From Actinomycetota bacterium (GTDB lineage Bacteria > Actinomycetota > CADDZG01 > WHSQ01), in NCBI GenBank assembly GCA_036260375.1, contig DASZZZ010000065.1:1675-65674 (forward strand): a stretch of 64,000 nt of DNA, given 5' to 3'. Every line of letters starts with the position of its first letter. The stretch's first letter is position 1. Both the position numbers and the translations under genes were made by a program. The notes under the pieces are model-generated. The model did no database searches. It was not told the DNA's origin and was given only the letters and a program-made list of their open reading frames with translations. Positions 36,321 to 45,845 of this stretch are shown here, piece by piece.

Positions 36321-37210
36321 AGGGCGCCGTCCGCATCCGGACTCACGCCAAGATCAACCTGTTCCTGCGCGTCGTCGGCGGCCGGGCCGACGGCTACCAC
36401 GAGATCGAGACCATCCTGCACGGCGTCCGTCTCGCCGACGACGTCACGTTCGTGCCGACGACGACCGGGCGCATCGAGCTCGTCGTCGACGCGGTCGACG
36501 ACGTCGAGCCCGTGCCGCACGACCACACGAACCTGGTGTGGCGGGCGGCGACGGCGTTGGTGGAGCGCGGCGTCGCGCACGAGGGCATCCTGATCCGCCT
36601 GACCAAGCGCATCCCGGTGGGGGCCGGGCTCGGCGGAGGGAGCGGCAACGCCGCCGGCGCGCTCGTCGTCCTCAACCGGCTGTGGAACGCCGGCGTCGAC
36701 CACGGCACGCTGCTCGCGCTCGCCGGCGCCGTCGGGAGCGACGTCCCGTACTGCATCGGCGGCGGCACCGCCCTCGCGACGGGCCGCGGCGAGCAGCTCA
36801 CCGTGCTGCCGGCCCCCGAGCCGATGTGGTTCGTCCTCGGGGTGTGGCGCCGGCCGTTGTCGACCGCCGACGTGTACCAGGGCTGGGACGCGTTCGGCGT
36901 CCCCACCGACACCGCCGCGTCGCCGATGGCGATCGCGCTCGGCTCCGGCGACGTCGCCGACGTCGCGACGCTCGTGCACAACGACCTCGAGCAGGTCGCG
37001 TTCGAGCTCCGTCCCGAGATCGAGGCCGGCAAGCGCGCGCTGCTCGACGCCGGCGCGCTCGGAGCGTGCATGTCGGGCTCCGGTCCGACCGTGTTCGGCA
37101 TCGCCCGCGGGCGCGACGACGCGCACGTGGTCGCCGGCCGCGTCGAGGACGTCTTCGACCGCGTCTTCGTCGTGCCGAGCCAGTCGCAGTGCGTGGAGGA
37201 GCTCGACTAG
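36317..37210 (+). CDS. ispE: 4-(cytidine 5'-diphospho)-2-C-methyl-D-erythritol kinase
   Basis: AKINLFLRV.G.R.DGYHEI and the GHMP motif PVGAGLGGGSGNAA. GTG 36317 overlaps the rsmA stop (GTGA). Confidence 0.9.
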   Translation: MKGAVRIRTHAKINLFLRVVGGRADGYHEIETILHGVRLADDVTFVPTTTGRIELVVDAVDDVEPVPHDHTNLVWRAATALVERGVAHEGILIRLTKRIPVGAGLGGGSGNAAGALVVLNRLWNAGVDHGTLLALAGAVGSDVPYCIGGGTALATGRGEQLTVLPAPEPMWFVLGVWRRPLSTADVYQGWDAFGVPTDTAASPMAIALGSGDVADVATLVHNDLEQVAFELRPEIEAGKRALLDAGALGACMSGSGPTVFGIARGRDDAHVVAGRVEDVFDRVFVVPSQSQCVEELD

Positions 37211-37275
37211 CCGGGCGCGAGGGCGCGAAGTCACTACTATGGCCCCCAGCGCCCGCGGAGCCCGGGCGGGCGCGG

Positions 37276-37347
37276 TGCCCCGTGGGGTAAGTGGCAGCCC
37301 GAGGGATTTTGGTTCCCTAAGTTCTGGTTCGAATCCAGGCGGGGCAG
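37276..37347 (+). tRNA. tRNA-Gln (anticodon TTG)
   Basis: Folded by hand: acceptor TGCCCCG/CGGGGCA, D stem GGGT/GCCC, anticodon stem AGGGA/TCCCT with loop TTTTGGT, T arm TCTGG-TTCGAAT-CCAGG. 72 nt. Confidence 0.95.
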
Positions 37348-37388
37348 CTCCGGGCGCCCCGAGCACGCGACCGCCGAAAGGAGACGCC

Positions 37389-38804
37389 ATGGCGCAGCCA
37401 CCGCGGACGGGGGCCGTCGTGCTCGCCGCGGGCGGCGGCACCCGGCTCAAGTCCGACCTGCCCAAGGTGCTCCACCCCGCCGCCGGCCGTCCCCTGCTCG
37501 CGCACGTCCTCGCCGCGCTCGCGCCGCTCGAGCTCGTCGGCGTCGTCGTCGTGGCGTCGACGCGCCGGGCCGAGATCGAGGACGCGATGGCGGCGGAGGG
37601 ACTCTCCGACGGCGTCGCCTACACGGTCCAGGACCCGCCGCGCGGCACGGCCGACGCGCTGCGCGTCGGGCTCGACGCCGTCGCCGGCGCGTGCGACGAG
37701 GTCGTCGTCGTGCCGGGCGACGCGCCGCTGCTCGAGGCGAGCACGCTTGCACGCCTCGTGGCGCTGCGGCGCGCGTCGGGGGCCGCGGGCGCGATGCTGA
37801 CCGCGTCGGTGCACGAGCCCGCGGGCTACGGCCGCGTCGTGCGCGGCGACGGCGACCTCGTCGAGCGCGTCGTGGAGGACCGCGACGCGACGCCGCAGCA
37901 GCGGCGCATCCACGAGGTCAACGGGGGTGTCTACACGTTCGACGTCGCCCGCGTCGCGCCGCTTCTCGCGAAGGTCGACCGCGACAACGCGCAGGGCGAG
38001 TACTACCTCACCGACGTCGTCGCGCTGTTGCGGGGGCAGGACGAACGCGTCGTCGCCCTCGAGACGCACGCCGACGAGATCGCCGGCGTCAACGACCGCG
38101 CCCAGCTCGCGTTCGTGTCCGGCCTCATGCGTCATCGGGTGTGCGAGCGCTGGATGGCCGAGGGCGTCTCGATCGTCGACCCGCGCACGACCTACATCGA
38201 CACGACCGTCGTCATCGAGCGCGACGCGACGATCCATCCGTTCACCTTCCTCGAGGGCTCGACGTCGGTGGCGGCGGGCGCCGAGGTCGGGCCCCAGGCG
38301 AGGGTCGTCGACTCCGAGATCGCAGAGGGCGCCACGGTGTCGTTCGCGCTCGTCCGCTCGTCGCGCGTCGGGCCGGAGGCGTCGGTCGGCCCGTTCGCGT
38401 CGCTGCGGCCGGGGACGGTGCTCGAGCGCGGGTCCCGGATCGGCACCTTCGTCGAGTCGAAGAACGCGACGCTCGGCGAGGACAGCAAGGCGAACCACCT
38501 CGCATACCTCGGCGACGCGTCGATCGGACGGGGCGTCAACGTGGGGGCCGGGACGATCACGTGCAACTGGGACGGGCGCGCCAAGCACGCGACGGTCATC
38601 GACGACGACGCCTACATCGGCTCGGACACCATGCTGGTCGCGCCCGTGCGCGTCGGCCGGCGCGCCGCGACGGGGGCCGGCTCGGTCGTGCGCGACGACG
38701 TACCCGACGACGCCCTCGCGGTCGGCGTCCCGGCCCGCGTCATCGAGAACGCGGGGAATCGGATGGAGAGGACGGGCGCGGACGACGAGAACCCGCGACA
38801 ATAG
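37389..38804 (+). CDS. glmU: bifunctional UDP-N-acetylglucosamine diphosphorylase / glucosamine-1-phosphate N-acetyltransferase
   Basis: VVLAAGGGTRLKSDLPKVLHP at the N-terminus and C-terminal left-handed beta-helix hexapeptide repeats. ATG 37389 follows GAAAGGAG. The track ORF start at 37239 would read through tRNA-Gln. Confidence 0.95.
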   Translation: MAQPPRTGAVVLAAGGGTRLKSDLPKVLHPAAGRPLLAHVLAALAPLELVGVVVVASTRRAEIEDAMAAEGLSDGVAYTVQDPPRGTADALRVGLDAVAGACDEVVVVPGDAPLLEASTLARLVALRRASGAAGAMLTASVHEPAGYGRVVRGDGDLVERVVEDRDATPQQRRIHEVNGGVYTFDVARVAPLLAKVDRDNAQGEYYLTDVVALLRGQDERVVALETHADEIAGVNDRAQLAFVSGLMRHRVCERWMAEGVSIVDPRTTYIDTTVVIERDATIHPFTFLEGSTSVAAGAEVGPQARVVDSEIAEGATVSFALVRSSRVGPEASVGPFASLRPGTVLERGSRIGTFVESKNATLGEDSKANHLAYLGDASIGRGVNVGAGTITCNWDGRAKHATVIDDDAYIGSDTMLVAPVRVGRRAATGAGSVVRDDVPDDALAVGVPARVIENAGNRMERTGADDENPRQ

Positions 38805-38859
38805 AGGCGTCCACCCGAGCGCGGGGGGTGGCTCGACGGCGAGGACGGGGAGGACCGAG

Positions 38860-39849
38860 GTGCAGCTACCGACTCAGAAGCGGCTGATGATCTTCTCGGG
38901 GACGGCGAACCGTCCGCTCGCCGAGGAGGTCGCCACGCACCTGGGGATGAAGCTCGGCCTCGTCGAGATCTCGACGTTCTCGGACTCCGAGACCTACGTC
39001 CGTTTCTCGGAGTCGGTGCGCGGGTGCGACGCGTTCGTCATCCAGAGCATGAGCGCGCCGGTCGACCACCACGTCATGGAGCAGCTCATCATGGTCGACG
39101 CGTTGCAGCGCGCGTCCGCGAAGCGCATCACGGTCGTGGCGCCGTTCTATCCCTACTCGCGTCAAGACAAGAAGACGCGCGGACGGGAGCCGATCACCGC
39201 CAAGCTGCTGGCCGACTTCTACGAGGCCGCCGGCGCCGACCGCATGGTGTCGGTCGACCTCCACACGGGCCAGATACAGGGCTTCTTCAACATCCCGTTC
39301 GACCATCTCACCGCGCTGCCGCTGCTCACGGAGCACTTCTCGCAAGTGCTGCCCGACGACTTCGTGATCGTGTCGCCCGACGCGGGGCGCGTGCGCCTGG
39401 CGGAGAAGTGGGTGCAGAACCTCAGCGAGATCTACGACCTCCACGGACAGGTCGCGTTCCTGCACAAGCGGCGGCGCAGCGACGTGCGCAACGTGAGCGA
39501 GACGCTCGCCGTCGTCGGCGACGTCGACGGCAAGACGTGCGTCGTCGTCGACGACATGATCGACACCGGCGGGACGCTCGTGAACGGAGCCGAGGCGCTC
39601 GCCGCGTCGGGGGCCGCCGAGGTCTACGCGGCCGCGACGCACCCGGTGCTGTCCGACCCCGCGACCGACCGCATCAAGAACTCGGTCATCTCGCAGGTCG
39701 TCGTCACGAACACGCTGCCGATCCCGTCCGAGAAGATGCTCGACAAGCTGACGGTCGTCTCGATCGCGCCGCTCATCGCGCAGGCGATCAAGGCGGTGTT
39801 CGAGGAGGGCTCGGTCTCCGAGCTGTTCCACGGCGACAACCAGCCCTGA
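38860..39849 (+). CDS. prs: ribose-phosphate diphosphokinase
   Basis: The PRPP-binding loop VVVDDMIDTGGT, plus YSRQDKK and DLH motifs. GTG 38860 follows GGGGAGGA. ATG 38887 is an alternative start. Confidence 0.95.
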   Translation: MQLPTQKRLMIFSGTANRPLAEEVATHLGMKLGLVEISTFSDSETYVRFSESVRGCDAFVIQSMSAPVDHHVMEQLIMVDALQRASAKRITVVAPFYPYSRQDKKTRGREPITAKLLADFYEAAGADRMVSVDLHTGQIQGFFNIPFDHLTALPLLTEHFSQVLPDDFVIVSPDAGRVRLAEKWVQNLSEIYDLHGQVAFLHKRRRSDVRNVSETLAVVGDVDGKTCVVVDDMIDTGGTLVNGAEALAASGAAEVYAAATHPVLSDPATDRIKNSVISQVVVTNTLPIPSEKMLDKLTVVSIAPLIAQAIKAVFEEGSVSELFHGDNQP

Positions 39850-39907
39850 CGCGGAGCACGGCCCTCGATTTGATGCACCGTCGGGCGGCGGGCCATAATG
39901 GCCGTTC

Positions 39908-39926
39908 GGGCGGGTCGTTCCCGCCC
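39908..39926 (+). terminator. short GC hairpin after prs (GGGCGGG-tcgtt-CCCGCCC)
   Basis: 7-bp perfect stem 59 nt after the prs stop, with no U-tract. Just upstream is the palindrome GGCCATAATGGCC (about 39891-39903). Confidence 0.3.
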
Positions 39927-40000
39927 GCAGCCCCCGGCCCCCATCCCGGCGCGACGCGCGCCGGCCGGCGGCGGGCAGCCGAGTCGACACGGAGGATCCG

Positions 40001-40687
40001 ATGAGCGAGGTGCACATCAAGGCGGAGCGCCGCACCGCCACGGGCAAGGGCGCGGCGCGCAAGGCGCGCGCCGCGGGCAAGGTCCCGGCGACGCTCTACG
40101 GCGGCGGCGCCGAGGCGGCGTCGATCGTCGTCGACCGCCGCGAGTTCCTCACCGCGCTCAACACCGACGCCGGCATGAACGTCCTGCTCAACATCCAGAT
40201 CGACGGCGCGACCGAGCTCGCGCTGACGCGCGAGCTGCAGCGCGATCCCGTGCGGGGCACGCTGCTGCACGCCGACTTCGTCAAGGTCGACCGCCGCCAG
40301 GAGATCGAGGTCGAGGTCCCGGTGCACCTCGTCGGCGAGTCCGCCGGCGTCAAGGAGGGCGGCGCGCTCGAGCACCCGCTCTTCACCGTGCACGTCCGCT
40401 GCCTGCCGACCGACGTCCCCGAGGCCGTCGAGGCCGACGTCTCCGGGCTCGGCATCGGCGACTCGCTGCGCGTCGGCGACCTCGCCGAGGACCGTTCGTT
40501 CACCATCCTCAACGACCCGGAGGAGGTCGTCGCGGTCGTGTCGGCGCCGATCTCCGAGGAGCAGCTCGCCGCGCTCGAGGCGGGGGCCGGCCAGCCGGCC
40601 GGGGAAGTGGGCGACGAGGCGGCCGAGCCGGTCGAGGCGACCGACGAAGGTCCCGAGGTGGCCGAGGAGCCGGCCGCCGAGGGCTAG
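40001..40687 (+). CDS. rplY: 50S ribosomal protein L25 / general stress protein Ctc
   Basis: R...GKGAARK.R..G.VPA.LYG at the N-terminus, a two-domain Ctc-length protein and an acidic C-terminal tail. Confidence 0.9.
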   Translation: MSEVHIKAERRTATGKGAARKARAAGKVPATLYGGGAEAASIVVDRREFLTALNTDAGMNVLLNIQIDGATELALTRELQRDPVRGTLLHADFVKVDRRQEIEVEVPVHLVGESAGVKEGGALEHPLFTVHVRCLPTDVPEAVEADVSGLGIGDSLRVGDLAEDRSFTILNDPEEVVAVVSAPISEEQLAALEAGAGQPAGEVGDEAAEPVEATDEGPEVAEEPAAEG

Positions 40688-40692
40688 GCCCC

Positions 40693-41304
40693 GTGGCGCC
40701 GTGGCGCCGGTCGGGCGCGTCCGCGTCCGGCGACCGGTGGATCGTCGTCGGGCTCGGCAACCCGGGTGAGCGCTACGCGGACACCCGCCACAACGCGGGC
40801 GCGCGCGTAGTGGACGTCCTTCTCGAGCGCGCCGGCGCCTCGCTCAAGCGCCACAAGAGCGGCTGCCTCGTCGCCGAGGTGGCGCTCGCGGGCGAACGCG
40901 CCGTGCTGGCGCGGCCGGTGTCGTACATGAACGACTCCGGCGGGCCGGTGCGCGCGCTCGCGTCGTGGTACAAGGCGCCGTCCGAGCGCGTCGTCGTCGT
41001 GCACGACGAGATCGACCTGCCGTTCGGAGCCGTGCGCGTCAAGGCCGGCGGCGGGACGGCGGGGCACAGGGGCCTCGACTCGATCGTCGCCCACCTCGGC
41101 ACGAAGGACTTCGTGCGCGTGCGCGTCGGCGTCGGACGGCCACGCGGCGCGCGCGACGCGGTCGACCACGTCCTCGCGGGGTTCTCGTCGTCCGAGCGCA
41201 AGGAGCTGCCCGACCTCCTGGAACGCTCCGCCGACGCGGTCGAGCGCATCCTCGAGGCGGGGGCGGAGCGGGCGATGAACGAGTTCAACACCCGCGCCGG
41301 CTGA
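40693..41304 (+). CDS. pth: peptidyl-tRNA hydrolase
   Basis: IVVGLGNPG..Y..TRHN.G, YMN.SG and HDE.DLP.G..R.K.GGG..GH.G motifs. The start is GTG 40693, 6 nt after the rplY stop. Confidence 0.9.
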   Translation: MAPWRRSGASASGDRWIVVGLGNPGERYADTRHNAGARVVDVLLERAGASLKRHKSGCLVAEVALAGERAVLARPVSYMNDSGGPVRALASWYKAPSERVVVVHDEIDLPFGAVRVKAGGGTAGHRGLDSIVAHLGTKDFVRVRVGVGRPRGARDAVDHVLAGFSSSERKELPDLLERSADAVERILEAGAERAMNEFNTRAG

Positions 41305-41364
41305 GCCGAACCGCTGCGACGACCGCCTGGATCTTCGACGGCGGAGCGGCGTTCCGGCTTGACG

Positions 41365-41406
41365 GTGAGTGAGCGCTCACTTTATCGTGAGTGGGCACTC
41401 ACTCAC
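41365..41406 (+). promoter_or_regulatory. pair of palindromic operator-like sites upstream of the TetR gene
   Basis: GTGAGCGCTCAC (41369-41380, perfect palindrome) and GTGAGTGggCACTCAC (41387-41402). They share the half-site GTGAG(T). TTGACG lies at 41359-41364 just upstream. Confidence 0.5.
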
Positions 41407-41418
41407 GGAAGGGACGGG

Positions 41419-42060
41419 ATGGCTCCGGCGCAGGAGACCCGCTCGCAGATCGTGGCCGCGGCCGCGCACGTCATGCAGACGTGCGGGCTGTCGGGCGCTA
41501 CAACGAAGGAGATCGCGCGCGCCGCGGGGTGCGCCGAGGGCACGCTGTACAAGCACTTCCCCGACAAGGAGGCGCTGTTCGTCTCGGTGATGCGCGAGCG
41601 CGTCGGCGCGCGCGTCGCGCCGCTCGTCCGGCTCCCCGAGCGCGCCGGCACCCGTTCGGTGCGCCGGAACCTGGAGGAAGTGGTGCGAACCGCGCTCGAC
41701 TTCTTCCGCGAGCTCATGCCGTTGCAGTCGGCGATGTACGCGAACCCGTCGCTGCTCGCCGCACAGCGCAAGGCGATGAAGGAACGGGGCTTCGGCCCCC
41801 ACGTCGTCATCGCGGCGATCGCGGAGTACGTGCGCCGCGAGCAGCGTCTCGGACGCGTCCGGCGCGGCGCGCACCCGGAGGTGATTGCGACGCTCCTGAT
41901 GGGCGGTTGCTACAACTACCTGTTCGTGCGCGACTTCACCGGCGACGACGGCTTCGTGCCCGAGGACAAGTTCGTGGACGGAACCGTCAAGACGATCATG
42001 GCGGCGCTGTCGGTCGACGCGCCGCGCTCGAAGGGCAACTCGAAGGGGAAGGAGCACTGA
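41419..42060 (+). CDS. TetR/AcrR-family transcriptional regulator
   Basis: The TetR_N HTH reads TRSQIVAAAAHVMQTCGLSGATTKEIARAAGCAEGTLYKHFPDKEAL. ATG 41419 was chosen because the operator-like palindromes occupy the track ORF's N-terminal extension. Confidence 0.85.
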   Translation: MAPAQETRSQIVAAAAHVMQTCGLSGATTKEIARAAGCAEGTLYKHFPDKEALFVSVMRERVGARVAPLVRLPERAGTRSVRRNLEEVVRTALDFFRELMPLQSAMYANPSLLAAQRKAMKERGFGPHVVIAAIAEYVRREQRLGRVRRGAHPEVIATLLMGGCYNYLFVRDFTGDDGFVPEDKFVDGTVKTIMAALSVDAPRSKGNSKGKEH

Positions 42061-43061
42061 TGCAGCCGACACCGCGCTCGGACGAGCGCCGGCCGCCGAT
42101 CGCGGCCGAGGGCCTCGTGCGCCGTTTCGGCGACGTCGAGGCCGTCGCCGGTATCGACCTGCGCGTCGACGACGGCGAGATCTTCGGCTTCCTGGGGCCC
42201 AACGGCGCGGGCAAGTCGACCACGGTTCGCATGCTCACGACGCTGCTCAAGCCCACCGCGGGCCGGGCGTTCGTCGCCGGGCACGACGTCGTGCGCGCGC
42301 CCGACGCGGTGCGCCGCTCGATCGGCGTCGCGCTCCAGGACGCGGCGATCGACCCGCTCATGACCGGGCGCGAGCTGCTGCGGCTGCAGGCGGTCCTGTT
42401 CGGCATCGACCGGGGCTCGGCGCGCCGGCGCGAGCAGGAGCTGCTCGAGACCGTCGGCCTGACTGCGGCCGCGGACCGGCGCGTCGGCACGTACTCGGGC
42501 GGCATGCGCCGCCGCCTCGACCTCGCGCTGGCGCTCGTGCACGCTCCGGTCGTGCTGTTCCTCGACGAGCCGACGACCGGACTCGACCCGAACTCGCGCG
42601 TCGCGCTGTGGGACGAGGTGCGCCGGCTCAACCGCGAGTCGGGGACGACGGTGTTCCTGACGACGCAGTACATGGAGGAGGCCGACCAGCTCGCGGGACG
42701 CATCGCGATCATCGACGACGGGCGCATCGTCGCGGAGGGCACGCCCGCGCGCCTCAAGGCGCGCGTCGGCGACCCGACGCTGCGCGTCGCTCTAGCGTCG
42801 GCCGACGACCGCGTCGAGGCCGAACGCGTGCTGCTCGACTTCGGGGCGCCGGCCCCCGACGCCGCCGGCTACGTCGCGGTGCGCCTGTCGGGCGGCGCGC
42901 AGCGCGTCGGCGCGGTCGCGCGCGCGCTCGACGACGCGCGCGTCGAGGTCGAAGGCCTCGAGCTGCACACCCCGACGCTCGACGACGTGTTCCAGATCGC
43001 CACGGGCCGAAGGCTCGAGGGCGCCGAGGCCGAGCCTGCGACGGAACGAGCGGCGCGATGA
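42060..43061 (+). CDS. ABC transporter ATP-binding protein (DrrA/ABC-2 type)
   Basis: Walker A GPNGAGKST, signature YSGGMRRR and Walker B LFLDEPTTGLD. The ATG overlaps the TetR stop (TGATG). Confidence 0.9.
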   Translation: MQPTPRSDERRPPIAAEGLVRRFGDVEAVAGIDLRVDDGEIFGFLGPNGAGKSTTVRMLTTLLKPTAGRAFVAGHDVVRAPDAVRRSIGVALQDAAIDPLMTGRELLRLQAVLFGIDRGSARRREQELLETVGLTAAADRRVGTYSGGMRRRLDLALALVHAPVVLFLDEPTTGLDPNSRVALWDEVRRLNRESGTTVFLTTQYMEEADQLAGRIAIIDDGRIVAEGTPARLKARVGDPTLRVALASADDRVEAERVLLDFGAPAPDAAGYVAVRLSGGAQRVGAVARALDDARVEVEGLELHTPTLDDVFQIATGRRLEGAEAEPATERAAR

Positions 43062-43834
43062 CGGCCGCCGCGGCGCAGTACGCGGCGCTGAGCCGCCGCG
43101 CGATCGTCAACACCGTTCGCCAGCCGACGTCGATCGTGCCGTCGCTGGTGTTCCCGCTGCTGTTCGCCGCGCTCAGCTCCGCGGCCCTCGATCGCTCGAC
43201 CGTGCTGCCGGGCTTTCCTCCGGTCGACTCGTTCCTGCAGTTCCTGATCTCGACGACGATCGTGCAGGGTGCGCTGTTCGGGGCGATCGCGGCGGGCTCC
43301 GACATGGCGACCGACATCGAGGGCGGCTTCTTCGAGCGTCTCGTCGCATCGCCGGTCGCGCGCACGTCGATCCTCGTGGGCCGCGTCATGGGTTCGGCGA
43401 TGCTCGGCTTCTGCCAGGCGTGGCTGTTCATCGGCGTCGCGACGGTGTTCGGCGTCGACATCGAGGGCGGTTTCGTCGCGATGTTGATGATCGCGATCGT
43501 CACGTCGACCGTCGCCGCGGCGATCGGCGCGATATCCGTGTCGTTCGCCCTCCGGACGGGCTCCGTCGAGGCGGTGCAGGGCAGCTTCCCGCTGCTGTTC
43601 GTGATGCTGTTCGTGTCCAGCGCGTTCTTCCCGCGCGACCTCATGAACGGCTGGTTCAAGACCGTCGCCGACCTCAACCCGCTGTCGCACCTCATCGAGG
43701 GGCTCAGGACCCAGGTGATCGCGGGCGTCGACGTCGGCGACTGGCTCGTGTCGCTCGGGGTCGCGGCCGGCTTGTTCGCCGTCGGGATCGCGGCCGCGTC
43801 GCTCGCGCTGCGGCGCCGTCTGAGCGCGCCATGA
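43058..43834 (+). CDS. ABC-2 type transporter permease
   Basis: Six hydrophobic segments and an ABC-2 layout. ATGA overlap with the ATPase gene. Confidence 0.8.
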   Translation: MTAAAAQYAALSRRAIVNTVRQPTSIVPSLVFPLLFAALSSAALDRSTVLPGFPPVDSFLQFLISTTIVQGALFGAIAAGSDMATDIEGGFFERLVASPVARTSILVGRVMGSAMLGFCQAWLFIGVATVFGVDIEGGFVAMLMIAIVTSTVAAAIGAISVSFALRTGSVEAVQGSFPLLFVMLFVSSAFFPRDLMNGWFKTVADLNPLSHLIEGLRTQVIAGVDVGDWLVSLGVAAGLFAVGIAAASLALRRRLSAP

Positions 43835-44616
43835 GGAGGGAGGCAACGATGACTTCGTCCGCGCGCGTCGCGTGGGGCGTCGCGCGGCGCAGCCTGATGC
43901 TGATCCCGCGGCTGCCGTCGACGTTCGTCCCGTCGCTCGTCATGCCGCTGTTTTTCACGATCGCGCTGTCGGGCGCGTTCGCAGGGCTCGTCGCCCTGCC
44001 CGGTTTCCCGGCCGAGAAGGCGATCGACTGGTTCGTGTCGCTGAACGTCGTGCAGGGAGCCGCGTTCGCCGGGGTGACGACCGGCATGGGCGTCGCGCGC
44101 GACCTCCAGAGCGGTTTCTACGACCGGCTCCTGGCGAGCCCCGCGTCGCGCGCGTCGCTGCTCGCGGGGCCGCTGCTGGCCGCGCTGCTGCGCGGATTCA
44201 TCCCGATCGTGTTGCTGCTCGTCGTCGCCGTCGTCGGCGGCGCCCACTTCTACGGCGGAGCGCTCGGCGTCGTGACGCTCGTCGTCGCGGCCCTCGGTAT
44301 CGCGGTCGTCGCAGGCGCGTGGGCGGTCGGGCTCGCGCTGCGCTTCAAGACCCAGCAGGCCGCGCCGTTGATGCAGACCGGCATCTTCCTGTCGATCTTT
44401 CTCTCGACCGCGCAGATGCCGCTCGACCTCCTGACCGGGTGGCTCCACGCGGTCGCGCGCGTGAACCCGATGACGAACGTGCTCGCGCTCGCGCGTCAGG
44501 GGTTCCTCGGCGAGGTCGCGTGGTCGACGACGTGGCCCGGCCTCGTCGCGCTCGCCGGCATGTTCGCGGTGCTGCTCGCGTTCGCGGCGCGCGGCATGCA
44601 GAAAGTGGTGCCGTAG
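43831..44616 (+). CDS. ABC-2 type transporter permease (second subunit)
   Basis: Paralogous layout to the preceding permease. ATGA overlap. Confidence 0.8.
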   Translation: MRREATMTSSARVAWGVARRSLMLIPRLPSTFVPSLVMPLFFTIALSGAFAGLVALPGFPAEKAIDWFVSLNVVQGAAFAGVTTGMGVARDLQSGFYDRLLASPASRASLLAGPLLAALLRGFIPIVLLLVVAVVGGAHFYGGALGVVTLVVAALGIAVVAGAWAVGLALRFKTQQAAPLMQTGIFLSIFLSTAQMPLDLLTGWLHAVARVNPMTNVLALARQGFLGEVAWSTTWPGLVALAGMFAVLLAFAARGMQKVVP

Positions 44617-44664
44617 GACGCCGTGGCGAGCGCCGGCGCGGCGGGCCGTTCACGCCGTGACGGC

Positions 44665-44997
44665 CTAGAGGGCGCCTCTGAGCAGGGCCATGGCGACGAC
44701 GCCCGTGACGACGGTGCCGACGAGGCTGCGGGTGAACGCCGCGACCGCGAGCGGCGGCACGATCGCGATCGGCGCGAGGTTGTCGGGCGGCATGACGACC
44801 TCGCCCGACGGGACGACGACCTCCTGTGCGAGGAGCGCGGCGAGCACGGAGATCGGCACGAGCCCGAGCCACCGCAGGGCCCATTCCGGGAGACGGATGC
44901 GCTGCAGCAGCAGCATCGGCGCCACGCGCGGGATCAGCGTCACGACCCCCGCCCCGGCGATGACGAGGAGGATCTCCGGCCTCACCTCGACGTCCAC
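44665..44997 (-). CDS. azlD: AzlD-family branched-chain amino acid transport protein
   Basis: About 110-aa hydrophobic protein immediately after azlC. GTG 44997 lies inside the azlC 3' end (16-nt overlap). Confidence 0.7.
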   Translation of the reverse strand: MDVEVRPEILLVIAGAGVVTLIPRVAPMLLLQRIRLPEWALRWLGLVPISVLAALLAQEVVVPSGEVVMPPDNLAPIAIVPPLAVAAFTRSLVGTVVTGVVAMALLRGAL

Positions 44998-45683
44998 GCA
45001 ACTCCCACGCTCGCGGCGACGACGGTCGCCGTCATGACGTTCCAGTTGCCCGGCACGAGCAGCTTCACGCCGACGGCGACGACCGCCGCGACCAGCGCGA
45101 TGCCCGTCCCCTTGCGCACCGATGCCGAGCCGGCGAGGTTGAGCACGAGGAGCGCCGCGAACATCGACGCCAGCGCGAAGTCGAGGCCGAGCGCCTCGGG
45201 ATCCGGAAGCGCCTGCCCGAAGACGCCGCCGGCCACGTTGGCTACGACCCACGTCGTGTAGGCGGTGAGGTTGAGCCCGAGCATCCACGAGCCCTTGTCG
45301 TGCGCGCGCTCGAGTCCAGCCGACGCGACCGCGAACGTCTCGTCCGTGAGCTGCGCGCCGAGCAGGAAGCTCTTCGCCGGCGGCTCGTCGCGGAAGTGCG
45401 GGCTGAGAGCCGCGCTGAGCAGCAGGTGCCGCAGGTTGACGAAGAAGACGGTGACGGTGATCGCCGCCGCGGCGCTGCCCGCTGCGAGCATGCCGGCGGT
45501 CACGAACTGGGCCGAGCCCGCGTAGAGGATGCACGCCAGCAGCAGGATCTCGAGGATCGTCATGCCGACGGAACGCTCCACGACCCCGGCCGCGAAACCG
45601 ATCCCGAGATAGCCGAGCACGACGGGGAACGCGGCGCGCGCTCCCTCGAGCGCGCTGGAGCGCCGGGGAGTCGTCGCGCTCAC
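44982..45683 (-). CDS. azlC: AzlC-family branched-chain amino acid permease component
   Basis: GYLGIGFAAGV...YAGSAQF...NLRH is the AzlC signature. It is the coding-like 3' part of the 1139-aa track ORF. GTG 45683. Confidence 0.8.
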   Translation of the reverse strand: MSATTPRRSSALEGARAAFPVVLGYLGIGFAAGVVERSVGMTILEILLLACILYAGSAQFVTAGMLAAGSAAAAITVTVFFVNLRHLLLSAALSPHFRDEPPAKSFLLGAQLTDETFAVASAGLERAHDKGSWMLGLNLTAYTTWVVANVAGGVFGQALPDPEALGLDFALASMFAALLVLNLAGSASVRKGTGIALVAAVVAVGVKLLVPGNWNVMTATVVAASVGVAWTSR

Positions 45684-45845
45684 GGCGCCGCGTCGAGCGC
45701 GCGCTTCGACATCGCGCCACGGTACCCAACGATCGGCGTCACGACGCGCGGGGCCGGCCGGCACGGCGCGACGCCGGCGGGCCGTGGCCACCCGACGCGA
45801 CCCCCCACGGTGTCGTCCCCGTCCGTCGATGAGTACGCTGGTCGG

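Noticed and set aside
37239-37388. N-terminal extension of the glmU track ORF
   Set aside because: It would translate straight through tRNA-Gln (37276-37347). ATG 37389 has a proper SD and gives the canonical GlmU N-terminus.
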